Below, one piece after another: positions 28,461 to 38,156 of a stretch of 64,000 bases of DNA. Numbering within the stretch: the first letter of the stretch is position 1; every line of letters begins with the position of its first letter. The position numbers were made by a program, and so were the translations under genes. The DNA comes from Acidobacteriota bacterium (GTDB taxonomy: Bacteria; Acidobacteriota; Thermoanaerobaculia; Gp7-AA8). Where the stretch lies: the NCBI GenBank assembly GCA_019244185.1, contig JAFATB010000023.1, positions 416,001 through 480,000 of the forward strand. Reading direction: 5' to 3'. Below the pieces are notes generated by a model that was not told the origin of the DNA, did no database searches, and saw only the letters and a program-made list of their open reading frames with translations.

Positions 28461-29762
28461 ATGACCCCGACCCGCAGCGCGGAACCGTATGACTATGACT
28501 TTGCGATCGCCGGCGGCGGACCGGCGGGCTGCGCGACCGCGATCCGGCTGCGGGAACACGGGCATTCGGTGGTGCTGCTCGAGCGCGACACGTTCCCGCG
28601 TTTTCACATCGGCGAGTCGCTGCTGTCGACGGCGAACGACGCATTCGTGACGCTCGGCGTCGCGGAACGCATCGCCGCGGCAGGCTTTCCGGAGAAGTGG
28701 GGCGCGCGGCTCGTGACGCACGACGGCAAGAGCGGGCGCGGCGTGAACTTCGGGACGGTCCGCGAGGTGCGGCGTCCGCAGACGTATCAGGTGTCGCGCG
28801 CGGAGTTCGACATGATCCTGCTCGACCGCGCGCGCGAAGTCGGCGCCGAGGTGCGCGAAGGCGTGCGCGTGACCGGCTGCGAGTTCACGCGCGACGCGGC
28901 GCACGTCGACTATGCCGACGAAGGCAGCCCGGGACGTCTGCGCGTGCGCGCGCTCGTCGATGCGACGGGGCGCAATGGCTTGCTCGCGCGCAAGTTCGAT
29001 CTGCGCGCCGACGAGCCGCTGCTCGCGAACATCGCGATCTATTCGCACTACAAGAAGGTGCCGCGGCTCGCCGACGGCTGTCCGAACGACATCCGCATCA
29101 TCGCGCGGGAAGACGCCGGCTGGTTCTGGTTCATCCCCATCTCGGACGAGCTGACGAGCGTTGGCGTCGTGCTGCCGCAGTCGCTCTTTCTGGCGATGGA
29201 GGAAGCGACGCCGGAAGAGCGTTTCGACCGCACGCTGCGCGACACGATGGCGGTGGCGGAGCTGATGCGCGACGCGGAGCGGGCGTGGCCGGTGCGCGTG
29301 GAGAAAGACTTCTCGTACAGCGCATCAAAGTACGCGGGCGAGCGCTGGATTCTCGCCGGCGACGCGGGTTCGTTCCTCGATCCGGTGTTCTCGACCGGCG
29401 TCTCGATCGCGCTCGAGTCGGGGATCGAGGCGGCCGACGAGCTCGATCGCGCGCGGAAGACGAACGACTTTTCGGAGAAGCGCTTCGCCGCGTTCTCGCG
29501 CCGGCAGAAGAAGCGCTTCGAGATCTTCCGCCGCTTCGTCATCGGCTTCTACACGCCCGAGTTCCGCGACCTCTTCTTCCAGCCCGATCCGCCGCCGACG
29601 CTGTTCCGCTCCGTCACGACGGTGCTCGCCGGCCGCTGGGACCCGAGCCTGCGCATGCGTTTGCTCAACCGCGTCTTCTTCGCGCTCGTCGCGGTGCAGA
29701 AGCGCTTCGCCATCGCGCAGCGCGCGTTCCGCCGCGACGCGGGCGCCGGCTATCCGCGCTGA
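28461..29762 (+). CDS. Flavin-dependent halogenase-like oxidoreductase
   Basis: GGGPAG FAD motif, FPRFHIGES, GFPEKWG (position of catalytic Lys), WFWFIP (WxWxIP halogenase motif), GDAGSFLDPVFSTG. Confidence 0.85.
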   Translation: MTPTRSAEPYDYDFAIAGGGPAGCATAIRLREHGHSVVLLERDTFPRFHIGESLLSTANDAFVTLGVAERIAAAGFPEKWGARLVTHDGKSGRGVNFGTVREVRRPQTYQVSRAEFDMILLDRAREVGAEVREGVRVTGCEFTRDAAHVDYADEGSPGRLRVRALVDATGRNGLLARKFDLRADEPLLANIAIYSHYKKVPRLADGCPNDIRIIAREDAGWFWFIPISDELTSVGVVLPQSLFLAMEEATPEERFDRTLRDTMAVAELMRDAERAWPVRVEKDFSYSASKYAGERWILAGDAGSFLDPVFSTGVSIALESGIEAADELDRARKTNDFSEKRFAAFSRRQKKRFEIFRRFVIGFYTPEFRDLFFQPDPPPTLFRSVTTVLAGRWDPSLRMRLLNRVFFALVAVQKRFAIAQRAFRRDAGAGYPR

Positions 29763-31040
29763 TCACAGCTGACGCTTCGCCAGCGCGCTCACGCGGTCGC
29801 GGAGTTTGTGCGCGAGCGAGCGCTCGTTCCAGCGCGCAAGCGTCCACGGATCGGCGTCGATGAGATCTGCCTCGAACGCGCGCACGAGCTCCTGTGCGAC
29901 GTTCTCGTCGTAGATCGCGACCGTGATCTCGTCGTTGATGTTGAACGAGCGCGGATCGAAGTTCGTCGAGCCGATCGTGCACCACGCGCGGTCGACGATC
30001 ATCACCTTCTGATGCATGCCCGAGCGCGTGTACTCGTGGATCGACGCGCCGGCCTGCAGCAGCGGCCCGTACGCGTAGTGGCTGGTGTGCTGCACGATCG
30101 GGAAGTCGCTCGTGGCGGACGTCGGCAGCATCAGACGCACGACGACGCCGCGGGCGCACGCGGCGCGGATCAGCTGCACGGCGTGGCGGTCGGGGACGAA
30201 GTACGGGTTCTGCAGGATCAGCTCGCGCTTTGCCGACGCGATGGCGAGGTAGTAGAGACGCTTGACGGCGCTGCTCGTCTCCGGCGGAGCGAGATACGCG
30301 ACGTGCAGCGGCGTCGAGCCCGCGCGCGGCAGCTCGGGAAAGTACGCGCGGCCGGTGAGCGCGCGGCGGCGGATCTTGAGCCAGTTGTCGAGAAACGCCG
30401 TCTGCAGCTCGTTGACCACAGGACCTTCGAAGCGCGCGGCCGTGTCGCGCCAGCCTTGCGGCTGATCGGCGGACGGACCCCACATGTCCGCGACGCCGTG
30501 GCCGAACGTGTAGCCGATGCGGCCGTCGATGATCGCGATCTTGCGATGGTCGCGGTTGTTGTACCAGCCCAGTTCGCGGAAACGCGCGCGGTGATACACG
30601 CGGAAGTCGACGCCGGCATCGCGCAGCGTGCGCCACACCAAAGGCGAGGTCGTGATCGCGCCGCGATGGTCGACGAGCACGCGCACTTCGATGCCTTCGC
30701 GTGCTCTCGCGGTCAGCGCGGCGACGATGCGATCGGAGACGAAGCCGTTCTGCCAGAGGAACGTCTCGAGATGCACGTGATGCGTCGCGGCGGCGACGTC
30801 GTCGAGGAGCGCGTCGAAGAAGGCGCTGTTCTGCACGATCGTGACGCGGTTGCCTTCGATGACGCGGCCCCACGTCAGTCCCGCGAACGAGCGCATGAGC
30901 GCGTGCGCGTCTTCATCGGGCGGCACCGGCAGCTCGATGTGACGGCGCCGCGTGCGCGCCCACAAGAGGAACGCGACGACGACGGCGGCAATCGTGACGA
31001 GAGCGAAGGCGGCGCGCATGCGCGCGTCGCTGTTCTGCAA
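29763..31040 (-). CDS. Cardiolipin synthase-like phospholipase D
   Basis: Two HKD motifs (HRKIAIID, HQKVMIVD), WRDT, NPYFVP, GSTNFDPRSF, N-terminal TM helix. Confidence 0.92.
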   Translation of the reverse strand: MQNSDARMRAAFALVTIAAVVVAFLLWARTRRRHIELPVPPDEDAHALMRSFAGLTWGRVIEGNRVTIVQNSAFFDALLDDVAAATHHVHLETFLWQNGFVSDRIVAALTARAREGIEVRVLVDHRGAITTSPLVWRTLRDAGVDFRVYHRARFRELGWYNNRDHRKIAIIDGRIGYTFGHGVADMWGPSADQPQGWRDTAARFEGPVVNELQTAFLDNWLKIRRRALTGRAYFPELPRAGSTPLHVAYLAPPETSSAVKRLYYLAIASAKRELILQNPYFVPDRHAVQLIRAACARGVVVRLMLPTSATSDFPIVQHTSHYAYGPLLQAGASIHEYTRSGMHQKVMIVDRAWCTIGSTNFDPRSFNINDEITVAIYDENVAQELVRAFEADLIDADPWTLARWNERSLAHKLRDRVSALAKRQL

Positions 31041-31067
31041 GTTCTGCGCGCTGGCGCGAGTTCAGCA

Positions 31068-31310
31068 ATGGCCACGCGCGTGGCCAAGCGGAAACGGAGC
31101 CCCGCGCCGTACTGGCTCGACTCCCGCGAGCGCACCTGCAGCACCTGCGGGCAGACGCACGCGTATGCGGTCGAGGCGCGTTGTCTGGAATGTGATCGAC
31201 CGTTCTGCCCGCTTTGCGTCATCATCGTGCGCAACGAAGTCTTGTGCTCCGACTGCCACGGCAAAGGAGGGACGTCGCGATGGCGGCGCGCGCGATCTGG
31301 AAAGGCATAG
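31068..31310 (+). CDS. Small Cys-rich zinc-finger protein
   Basis: 80 aa: CSTC..H..CLEC.RPFCPLC..CSDC. Hidden at the end of ORF 29808..31310 and overlaps the first Ku start. Confidence 0.65.
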   Translation: MATRVAKRKRSPAPYWLDSRERTCSTCGQTHAYAVEARCLECDRPFCPLCVIIVRNEVLCSDCHGKGGTSRWRRARSGKA

Positions 31311-32065
31311 TCCACGTGGGCACGCTGCAGGTGCCGGTGAAGTTGTATTCGGCCGTGCAGGATCATTCGATCCGCTTCCGCCTGCTGCACAAGACCGATC
31401 ACGCCCCGGTCAAGCAGCAGCTCGTCAGCAGCGTGAGCGGCGACGTCGTCACGTACGAGTCGGTGCGCAAGGCGTTCCCCATCGCGCGCGGACGCATGGT
31501 CATGCTCGCGGCCGAGGAGCTCGAGAAGCTGACGCCGGAAGAGTCGCGTGACATCGAAGTCGCGCGCTTCGTCGACAGCGGCGCGATCGATCATCGCTGG
31601 TACGAGCGCGCCTACTACCTCGGGCCCGACGGCAATGAGCGCGCGTACGCCGCGGCCGCCGAGGCGATGGAGAAGAAGCAGAAGGAAGGGTTGGCGAAGT
31701 GGGTCATGCGCGGCAAGTCGTACGTCGGCGCGCTGCGCGCGGAAGACGGCTACCTGATGCTCATCGCGCTGCGCCACGCGGAAGAAGTCATCGACGCGGC
31801 CGCGCTCACGCCGCCGACGGGACGTCCGCTCGCGGAGCGCGAGCTCGAGATGGCCGAGCAGCTCCTTTCCGCGCTGCACGGCGCGTTCGATCCGGCGCAG
31901 TTCCACGACGAATACCGCGCGCGCGTCATCGACCTCGTCGAGACGAAGGCCGCCGGCAAGAAGCCGAAGATCGCGAAGTTCCAGCCGCGCAAGACGAAGG
32001 AAGACCAGATCACCGACGCGCTCGAGGCGAGTCTGGCCGGCATGAAGAGGAAAGCCCGTGGCTGA
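31280..32065 (+). CDS. ku: NHEJ DNA end-binding protein Ku (copy 1)
   Basis: RAIWKG, VPVKLYSA, YERAYYLGP, FHDEYR, ALEASL. GGAGG RBS. Confidence 0.92.
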   Translation: MAARAIWKGIVHVGTLQVPVKLYSAVQDHSIRFRLLHKTDHAPVKQQLVSSVSGDVVTYESVRKAFPIARGRMVMLAAEELEKLTPEESRDIEVARFVDSGAIDHRWYERAYYLGPDGNERAYAAAAEAMEKKQKEGLAKWVMRGKSYVGALRAEDGYLMLIALRHAEEVIDAAALTPPTGRPLAERELEMAEQLLSALHGAFDPAQFHDEYRARVIDLVETKAAGKKPKIAKFQPRKTKEDQITDALEASLAGMKRKARG

Positions 32066-33056
32066 CGAAGACGACGACCTCGAACAACCTGCCGGACTGC
32101 GCCCGTTCTGGAGCGGCACGATCACCTTCGGACTCGTGACGGTGCCTGTGGCGCTCTTCACCGCGACGCGGCCGCGCGGCGTCTCGCTGCGCATGATCGA
32201 GCCGGAAACGCAGTCGACGATCCAGCGGCGCTACGTCTGCTCGAAGGACGAAGAGCCGCTCGACAACGACGACATCGTGCGCGGCTACGAGATCGAGAAA
32301 GGGAAGTTCGTCGTCGTCACCGATTACGAGCTCTCGGCGATCGAGCCGCGCAAGTCGCGCGAGATCGACCTGCGCCTCTTCGTCGACCGCGACGAGATCG
32401 ATCCGATGTACTTCGAGCGCGCGTACTTTCTCGTTCCCGCCGGCGGCACCAACAAAGCGTACCGGCTGCTTGCGGAGGCGATGCAGCGCACGAAGCAGGC
32501 CGGCATCGCCACGTTCGTCATGCGCGCGAAGGAGTACCTCGTCGCGATCCTCGCCGAGAACGGCATCCTGCGCGCGGAGACGTTGCGCTTCGCCGACGAT
32601 CTCCGCTCGCCGGAAGACGTCGGCCTCGACGACATCCCGAAGCCCGCCGGCGCCGACGTGAAGAAGTTCGAGGAGCAGATCGCGCGGCACACGAAAAAGC
32701 AGGTCGACCTGCACGATCTCCTCGACGACTACACCGAACAGCTCGAGAAGCTCGTCGCGCAGAAAGAGAAGAAGGGCGACCACGTCATCGGCATGCCGGA
32801 GGAGTCCAGCGGCGGCGGCGGTGCGGGCGGCGGCGGCGCGGAGGTCGTCGATCTCCTGCAGGTGCTCAGCCGCAGCCTCGGCGAAGCCGGCGCGGTGCGC
32901 AAGTCGCCGAAGAAAACGACCACGACGGCGAAGCGCAGTTCGGGGACGAAGCGCGCGTCGAGCACCAAGCGCACGTCGAGCGCCAAACGCGCGTCCGGCA
33001 CGAAACGCGCGCCGACGACGAAGGCGCGGAAGACCGCGGGCGCGAAGAAACGTTAG
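32058..33056 (+). CDS. ku: NHEJ DNA end-binding protein Ku (copy 2, basic C-terminal tail)
   Basis: FWSGTITFGLVTVPV, VRGYE, IDPMYFERAYFL, AYRLL, VVDLLQVLSRSL, then a Lys/Arg-rich tail. Confidence 0.94.
   Translation: MADEDDDLEQPAGLRPFWSGTITFGLVTVPVALFTATRPRGVSLRMIEPETQSTIQRRYVCSKDEEPLDNDDIVRGYEIEKGKFVVVTDYELSAIEPRKSREIDLRLFVDRDEIDPMYFERAYFLVPAGGTNKAYRLLAEAMQRTKQAGIATFVMRAKEYLVAILAENGILRAETLRFADDLRSPEDVGLDDIPKPAGADVKKFEEQIARHTKKQVDLHDLLDDYTEQLEKLVAQKEKKGDHVIGMPEESSGGGGAGGGGAEVVDLLQVLSRSLGEAGAVRKSPKKTTTTAKRSSGTKRASSTKRTSSAKRASGTKRAPTTKARKTAGAKKR
32931..33020 (+). repeat. Five imperfect 18-nt tandem repeats in the Ku tail
   Basis: Encode KRSSGT-KRASST-KRTSSA-KRASGT-KRAPTT. Confidence 0.8.
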
Positions 33057-33065
33057 GCTTTTCGC

Positions 33066-33848
33066 ATGACCACGAAACCGCTCATCGGCATCGGCTCCGA
33101 CATCAACAGTCCCGCGGGACAGCGCGAGAAAGCGTTCGCGTACCTCACGTACACCGAGGCGCTGCGGCGCGCGGGAGCGATCCCGGTGGTCATTCCGCCG
33201 CAGCCGGAGAACGCGGCCGCGCTCGTCGAGGCGCTCGACGGCGTGCTGCTCGCCGGCGGCGACGACTGCGATCCCGCCGCGTACGGACAGGAGCGCCATC
33301 CGAGCGTCGAGCCGATGGACCCGCGCCGGCAAGCGAACGACCTCGCGCTCGCGGAAGCGGCGCGGCGCCGCGGCATCCCGACGCTCGGGGTCTGCCTCGG
33401 ACTGCAGGTCATCAACATCGTCGCCGGCGGCTCGCTCGTGCAGGACATCGACTCGCAGGTCGACACCGAGATCGTGCACGCCAGCAAGCCCGAGGATCGC
33501 GCGCGGCACGATGTGCTCGTCGAGCAGGGGACGCAGCTCGCGTCGATCGTCGGCGAGCGCGAGCTCAACGTGAACTCCTCGCATCACCAGGCCATCGGCG
33601 ACGTCGGCGCGGGGCTGCGCGTCACCGCGCACGCGCCGGACGGCATCGTCGAAGGTCTCGAGGATCCGCGCCTGCCGTTTTATCTCGGAGTGCAGTGGCA
33701 TCCCGAGGACATGAACGGCGAGGAATCGGCGTCGACGCTCTTCGGCGCATTCATCGAGGCGGCGCGCCGTTACGCCGCGGAGAAGCGCGAGCGCGCGCTG
33801 AAACAAGAGGCCACGGAGCTGTCACCGGCCGTTAGCGAACCGCGCTGA
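33066..33848 (+). CDS. Peptidase C26 / gamma-glutamyl-GABA hydrolase family (class I GATase)
   Basis: DGVLLAGG.D, LGVCLGLQ nucleophile, VNSSHHQA, GVQWHPE. Confidence 0.92.
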   Translation: MTTKPLIGIGSDINSPAGQREKAFAYLTYTEALRRAGAIPVVIPPQPENAAALVEALDGVLLAGGDDCDPAAYGQERHPSVEPMDPRRQANDLALAEAARRRGIPTLGVCLGLQVINIVAGGSLVQDIDSQVDTEIVHASKPEDRARHDVLVEQGTQLASIVGERELNVNSSHHQAIGDVGAGLRVTAHAPDGIVEGLEDPRLPFYLGVQWHPEDMNGEESASTLFGAFIEAARRYAAEKRERALKQEATELSPAVSEPR

Positions 33849-33899
33849 GACGCGGAATAGGGGTAGAACACCTCCCGTTTCGACGCGGCGGAGGCCCTC

Positions 33900-34751
33900 T
33901 TGAACCGACGAATCGCTCTGCTCGCCGTCCTGGCGCTCACGCTCGCGCCCTCCACGTTCGCCGCCGGCACGTGGCTCAAGACCGTCGGCGCAGCGCAGAC
34001 GGCCGCGAAAGCGAAGAAGCAGCTCATCCTCGTCGACATGTTCGCGGAGTGGTGCGGCTGGTGCCATCGGTTCGAGCGCGAGGTCTTTCCCTCCGCGATC
34101 TTTCAGACCGCGACCTCCGACATGATCCTGCTTCGCCTCAATACCGAGGACAACGGCGAGGGGACGCAGTTCGCGCGCAAGTTCGGCGTGACGTCGCTGC
34201 CGACGTTTCTCATCCTCGACTCCGACCTCTCGCTCGCCGGCTTGATCCGCGGCTACGCGCCGCCGACGGACTTCGCGAACTCGCTCAAGGACAGCCGCAC
34301 GAAGTACGCGATGTTCATGAACCGCGTGAAGAACGAGCCGAACCTCGGCAAGGACTACATGGCGCGGCTCGATCTCGCGAAAGAGTTCCTCAGCCGCAGC
34401 GCGTGGGACAAGAGCGATCCGCGGCTCAAGAAGCTGATGACGGAGAAGGGCGTGCCCGCCGCGATCCGCGATGAGGCGTACTACCAGCTCGCCGTCAGCT
34501 ACGCGGTGCAGAACAAGAACGAAGAAGGTCTCAAGACCATCCGCGCGCTCAATCAGCTGAGCAAGCAGGGCGAGTCCCTCGAGCGTGCGCTGTATCTCGC
34601 GGGACAGATCTACATGCAGCAGGGCAACCTCATGGCCGCGGCGAACGAGTTCCGGAAGTTCAAGACCACGTTCCCCGCGTCGCCGCTCGTCGAGAACATC
34701 GACGTCGTACTGCCCGAGCTCGAGCGCCGTCTCTCCAACGGCGGAAAATAA
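33900..34751 (+). CDS. Secreted thioredoxin-fold protein with TPR tail
   Basis: Signal peptide, AEWCGWC, cis-Pro LPT, TPR-like helices. Confidence 0.85.
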   Translation: MNRRIALLAVLALTLAPSTFAAGTWLKTVGAAQTAAKAKKQLILVDMFAEWCGWCHRFEREVFPSAIFQTATSDMILLRLNTEDNGEGTQFARKFGVTSLPTFLILDSDLSLAGLIRGYAPPTDFANSLKDSRTKYAMFMNRVKNEPNLGKDYMARLDLAKEFLSRSAWDKSDPRLKKLMTEKGVPAAIRDEAYYQLAVSYAVQNKNEEGLKTIRALNQLSKQGESLERALYLAGQIYMQQGNLMAAANEFRKFKTTFPASPLVENIDVVLPELERRLSNGGK

Positions 34752-34757
34752 ACCGAC

Positions 34758-36476
34758 GTGAAAAAGCAGCTCGTCGTACTGCTGTTCGCCCTCTTCGCTA
34801 CCCGTGCGTCGTTCGCGCAGTTCGGGATGCCGGACGCGACGCCGAAGGTCACCATCGACGGCTCGCTGCAATCGCGCAACGGCGATGCCGTGACCGGAAC
34901 GATCCGCGCGCACGTCGCCAGCGGATGGCACGTCAACTCGCACACGCCGTCGGAAGAGTTCGCGATTCCGACCGTGCTCACGCTCGAAGGCGCGGAGCTC
35001 GTGAGCGCGCAGTATCCGGCGCACGTCATGAAAGCGTTCGAGTTCACCGGCGGCAAGCCGCTCGCGGTGTACGACGGCACGGTGTCGATCGCGTTCACCG
35101 CGAAGCTGCCGGCGAACGCCGCGAAGTTCCGCGCGAAGCTGCACTATCAGTCGTGCAGCGACCGCGTCTGCCTGCCGCCGAACGATGCGTTTGCCGACAT
35201 CGACGCGAATGCCATCGTTGCCGCGCCTGCGACCACGGTGGCAGCGCCGACGCCCGCAACCGGCAGCTTCACACCGTTGTCTTCCGCGCCGAAGAACGCC
35301 GCGCCGCCGAATCGACTCGCGGAAGCGTTCGCGTCGAAAGGCATGGTGCTGACGCTCGGCCTGCTGTTCCTCGGCGGACTCGCGCTCAATCTCACGCCGT
35401 GCGTCTTTCCGCTCATCCCGATCACGCTCGGCTTTTTCGCGATGCAGAGCGACGGCCGCCGTTCGAGCCGTTTCGCGCTCTCGCTGATGTACGTGCTCGG
35501 CATCGTCATCACGTACTCGGTGCTGGGCGTGCTCGCCGCGATCGGCGGAAAGCTGTTCGGCGCGTGGATGCAGCTGCCGGTCGTGCTGATCGGCTTCGCG
35601 CTGCTGATGCTCGTGCTCGCGTCGTCGATGTTCGGCGCGTTCGAAATCCAGGCGCCGCGCTTCATCGCCAACCAGTCGCAGGGGCGCGCGGGACTGGTCG
35701 GCGCGCTGTCGATGGGACTCGTGATCGGCATTGTCGCCGCGCCCTGCGTCGGCCCGTTCGTCATCTCGCTCATCACGTACGTCGCGCAGCTCGGCGATCC
35801 GTTCCTCGGCGGCTGCATGTTCTTCGTGCTCGGCTTCGGCCTCGGCTTCCCGTACCTCGTCATGCTGAACGCGCTGCCGCGTCCGGGCGAATGGATGCTG
35901 ACCGTGAAGAAGGGGATGGGCTTCGTGCTCGTGGCGATGGCGTTCTACTTCCTCCGCGCGCTGGTGGGCGAGAACGTCTTCCGCTTCGGCGTCGCGGCGA
36001 GCCTCATCATCGGCGCGGCGTATCTGCTCTTCTCGCGCACGCGCGGCGCGCGCGCGCTGCAGCTCAGCGTCGCCGCGCTCCTGCTGGTCTGCGGTGTCGC
36101 GTTCGCGCTTCCGCACAAGGAGAGCCGCGTGACGTGGGAGCGTTACGACGAGCAGGCCATCGCCGCCGCGAAGAACGCGCACAAGCCGGTCATCGTCGAC
36201 TTTTACGCCGACTGGTGCATCCCGTGTAAGGAGCTCGACCAGAAGACGTTCAGCGACGATCGCGTCGCCGCGGAGCTCGATCGCTTCGCGCGTTTCAAAG
36301 GCGATCTCACGACGCCGGACAGCGCGACGACGAAGGCGCTCACGAAGCAGTACGCGATTCTCGGCGTGCCGACGATCGTGCTCATCGACGCGAACGGCAA
36401 CGAGGTCGCGGCCGCGCGTCTGACCGGATACGAAGCGCCGGACGCGTTCCTGCAACGCCTCCGGCAGGTGAAATGA
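34758..36476 (+). CDS. dsbD: DsbD-family thiol:disulfide interchange protein
   Basis: N-domain CSDRVC, TM domain LTPCVFP and APCVGP, C-terminal ADWCIPC thioredoxin. Confidence 0.92.
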   Translation: MKKQLVVLLFALFATRASFAQFGMPDATPKVTIDGSLQSRNGDAVTGTIRAHVASGWHVNSHTPSEEFAIPTVLTLEGAELVSAQYPAHVMKAFEFTGGKPLAVYDGTVSIAFTAKLPANAAKFRAKLHYQSCSDRVCLPPNDAFADIDANAIVAAPATTVAAPTPATGSFTPLSSAPKNAAPPNRLAEAFASKGMVLTLGLLFLGGLALNLTPCVFPLIPITLGFFAMQSDGRRSSRFALSLMYVLGIVITYSVLGVLAAIGGKLFGAWMQLPVVLIGFALLMLVLASSMFGAFEIQAPRFIANQSQGRAGLVGALSMGLVIGIVAAPCVGPFVISLITYVAQLGDPFLGGCMFFVLGFGLGFPYLVMLNALPRPGEWMLTVKKGMGFVLVAMAFYFLRALVGENVFRFGVAASLIIGAAYLLFSRTRGARALQLSVAALLLVCGVAFALPHKESRVTWERYDEQAIAAAKNAHKPVIVDFYADWCIPCKELDQKTFSDDRVAAELDRFARFKGDLTTPDSATTKALTKQYAILGVPTIVLIDANGNEVAAARLTGYEAPDAFLQRLRQVK

Positions 36477-36477
36477 C

Positions 36478-36777
36478 ATGGCCGCACTGACGAGCAAGCA
36501 ACGGCGGTTTCTGAAGGGTCTCGCGCATCCGCTCTCACCGATTGTGCGCGTCGGCAAAGGCGGCGTGACGCAGGCGGTGATCGCGGAGACGCAAAAGTCG
36601 CTCGACGCGCACGAGCTCATCAAGGTGCGCATCGACGTCGAAGACAGCTCCGAGCGGCGCGCGTTCGCCGAACAGCTCGCGACGCAGACCGACGCGCAGC
36701 TCGCCGGCACGATCGGCAAGATCGCGATCCTCTATCGCGAGCGCGACGAAGAGCCCCAGATCGAGCTGCCGGGGTAG
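36478..36777 (+). CDS. yhbY: CRM-domain RNA-binding protein YhbY
   Basis: LTSKQRRFLKGLAHPL, VGKGG, HELIKV, IGKIAILYR. Confidence 0.95.
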   Translation: MAALTSKQRRFLKGLAHPLSPIVRVGKGGVTQAVIAETQKSLDAHELIKVRIDVEDSSERRAFAEQLATQTDAQLAGTIGKIAILYRERDEEPQIELPG

Positions 36778-36784
36778 CGCGCGA

Positions 36785-37963
36785 TTACTTCTGCGTTCCG
36801 CCGTGCGCGGCCACGGTGACGTGCGCGGCGGTCGATGCGGCCGCGGGCGTCGTCGTCGCGGGCGGGGCGGGAGGTGCCGGAGGCGTGGGGAACTTCAGCA
36901 GCCACGACGCCTCGACGCGTTTGCCGGTCTTCATGTCCGTGCCCCACACGACCGCGCGGTGATAGCGCGCCTTCATCGAGTCGAGCGCGTCGCGGAGCAC
37001 GAGCGTGATCGAGCCGCTGCGAGGATCGTACGTGTACGGAATCGCGGAGCCGAGCGAGAGGAGCGCCATGCCCACCGACTTCGGGTCGAGCTGCTGATAG
37101 CCGGGGATCTTCGCCGAGATCACGGTGACGCCGGCGTCGAGCGGCTTCGTCGGCGCGGGCGTGACGTCGGCGAGCTGCATCGGCGTCGCGCCGAGGTAGT
37201 GGCGGAAGGCGGCAAAATCCATGCGGTCGTCGATCACGAAGCGGCGCATGCGCAGCGGATCGGAGCCGCGACGGACTCTGCCGAAGTCGCACGTCAGCGC
37301 CGCGGAGTAGCCCGCCTGCGCGACCGCCTTCGTCAGCTTCTCGTCGTAGTCGCCGTACGGATACGCGAGGAACGATACCGTCTTGCCGGTCTCTTTCTCG
37401 AGAAGGCGCTTGCTCTCGACGAGCTCGTGCTGCACCCACAACGCGTACTCGGTGTCGTTGAACGAGCCGTGGCGGCGGCGGGTGAGGTACGGATGCGAGA
37501 GCGAATGGCTCTGGATGTCGACGCCGGCGTCGGACATCTCGCGGATTTGCTTCCAGGTCAGCGCGTTCGCGGTCTGCCCGATGATCTTCGGATAAACGAA
37601 CACCGTGAACGGAAATTTGCGTTTCTGCAGCTCGGGGAACGCCTCGGTGTACGTGCTGCGCCAGCCGTCGTCGAACGTCAGCACCACCGCGTTCTTCGGC
37701 AGCGACGCGCGTTTGCCCATCACGTACTCGTACAGATGCTGCAGCGGGATGACGTTGTAGCCGGTCATCTCCAGGTACTGCAGATGCTGGCGGAACGCGC
37801 TGCGGCTGATGAGCATCCGCGGCGCGGACGGACCTTCGACGATGTGATAGCAGATCACCGTCGCGCCGGAGAGATCGGGCGTGGGTACGCTGGGAGGCGC
37901 GGCGAAAGCCGTCGCGGATAGAAGAACGAGAATCGTGGCCAGGTTCGCGCGCCGCGCGGTCAT
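36785..37963 (-). CDS. Secreted polysaccharide deacetylase (CE4)
   Basis: Signal peptide, ICYH, LTFDDG, SHSLSH, AYPYG. Confidence 0.9.
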   Translation of the reverse strand: MTARRANLATILVLLSATAFAAPPSVPTPDLSGATVICYHIVEGPSAPRMLISRSAFRQHLQYLEMTGYNVIPLQHLYEYVMGKRASLPKNAVVLTFDDGWRSTYTEAFPELQKRKFPFTVFVYPKIIGQTANALTWKQIREMSDAGVDIQSHSLSHPYLTRRRHGSFNDTEYALWVQHELVESKRLLEKETGKTVSFLAYPYGDYDEKLTKAVAQAGYSAALTCDFGRVRRGSDPLRMRRFVIDDRMDFAAFRHYLGATPMQLADVTPAPTKPLDAGVTVISAKIPGYQQLDPKSVGMALLSLGSAIPYTYDPRSGSITLVLRDALDSMKARYHRAVVWGTDMKTGKRVEASWLLKFPTPPAPPAPPATTTPAAASTAAHVTVAAHGGTQK

Positions 37964-38025
37964 GGTGCTCCCGAATTGCCGAAGATCGATGACGTACCGA
38001 AGGTTGAAAACGTGGTCGGGCCCAC

Positions 38026-38042
38026 TGCAACTTCAATGCCCC
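38026..38042 (-). promoter_or_regulatory. Candidate sigma54 -24/-12 promoter for the deacetylase
   Basis: Minus strand reads GGGGCATTGAAGTTGCA: GGCA...TTGC with exact GG-N10-GC spacing, about 60 nt above the ATG. Confidence 0.45.
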
Positions 38043-38156
38043 GGAGTGCGCTGCTTTTCCGGCGGGAACCGACCCGCGGACTATTGTAGCTCCGTTGACG
38101 GTTCTTGCGGCCTACAGTAGAGTCGCCCCTCTTCAACACGGAGGCTTTTCCCACCC

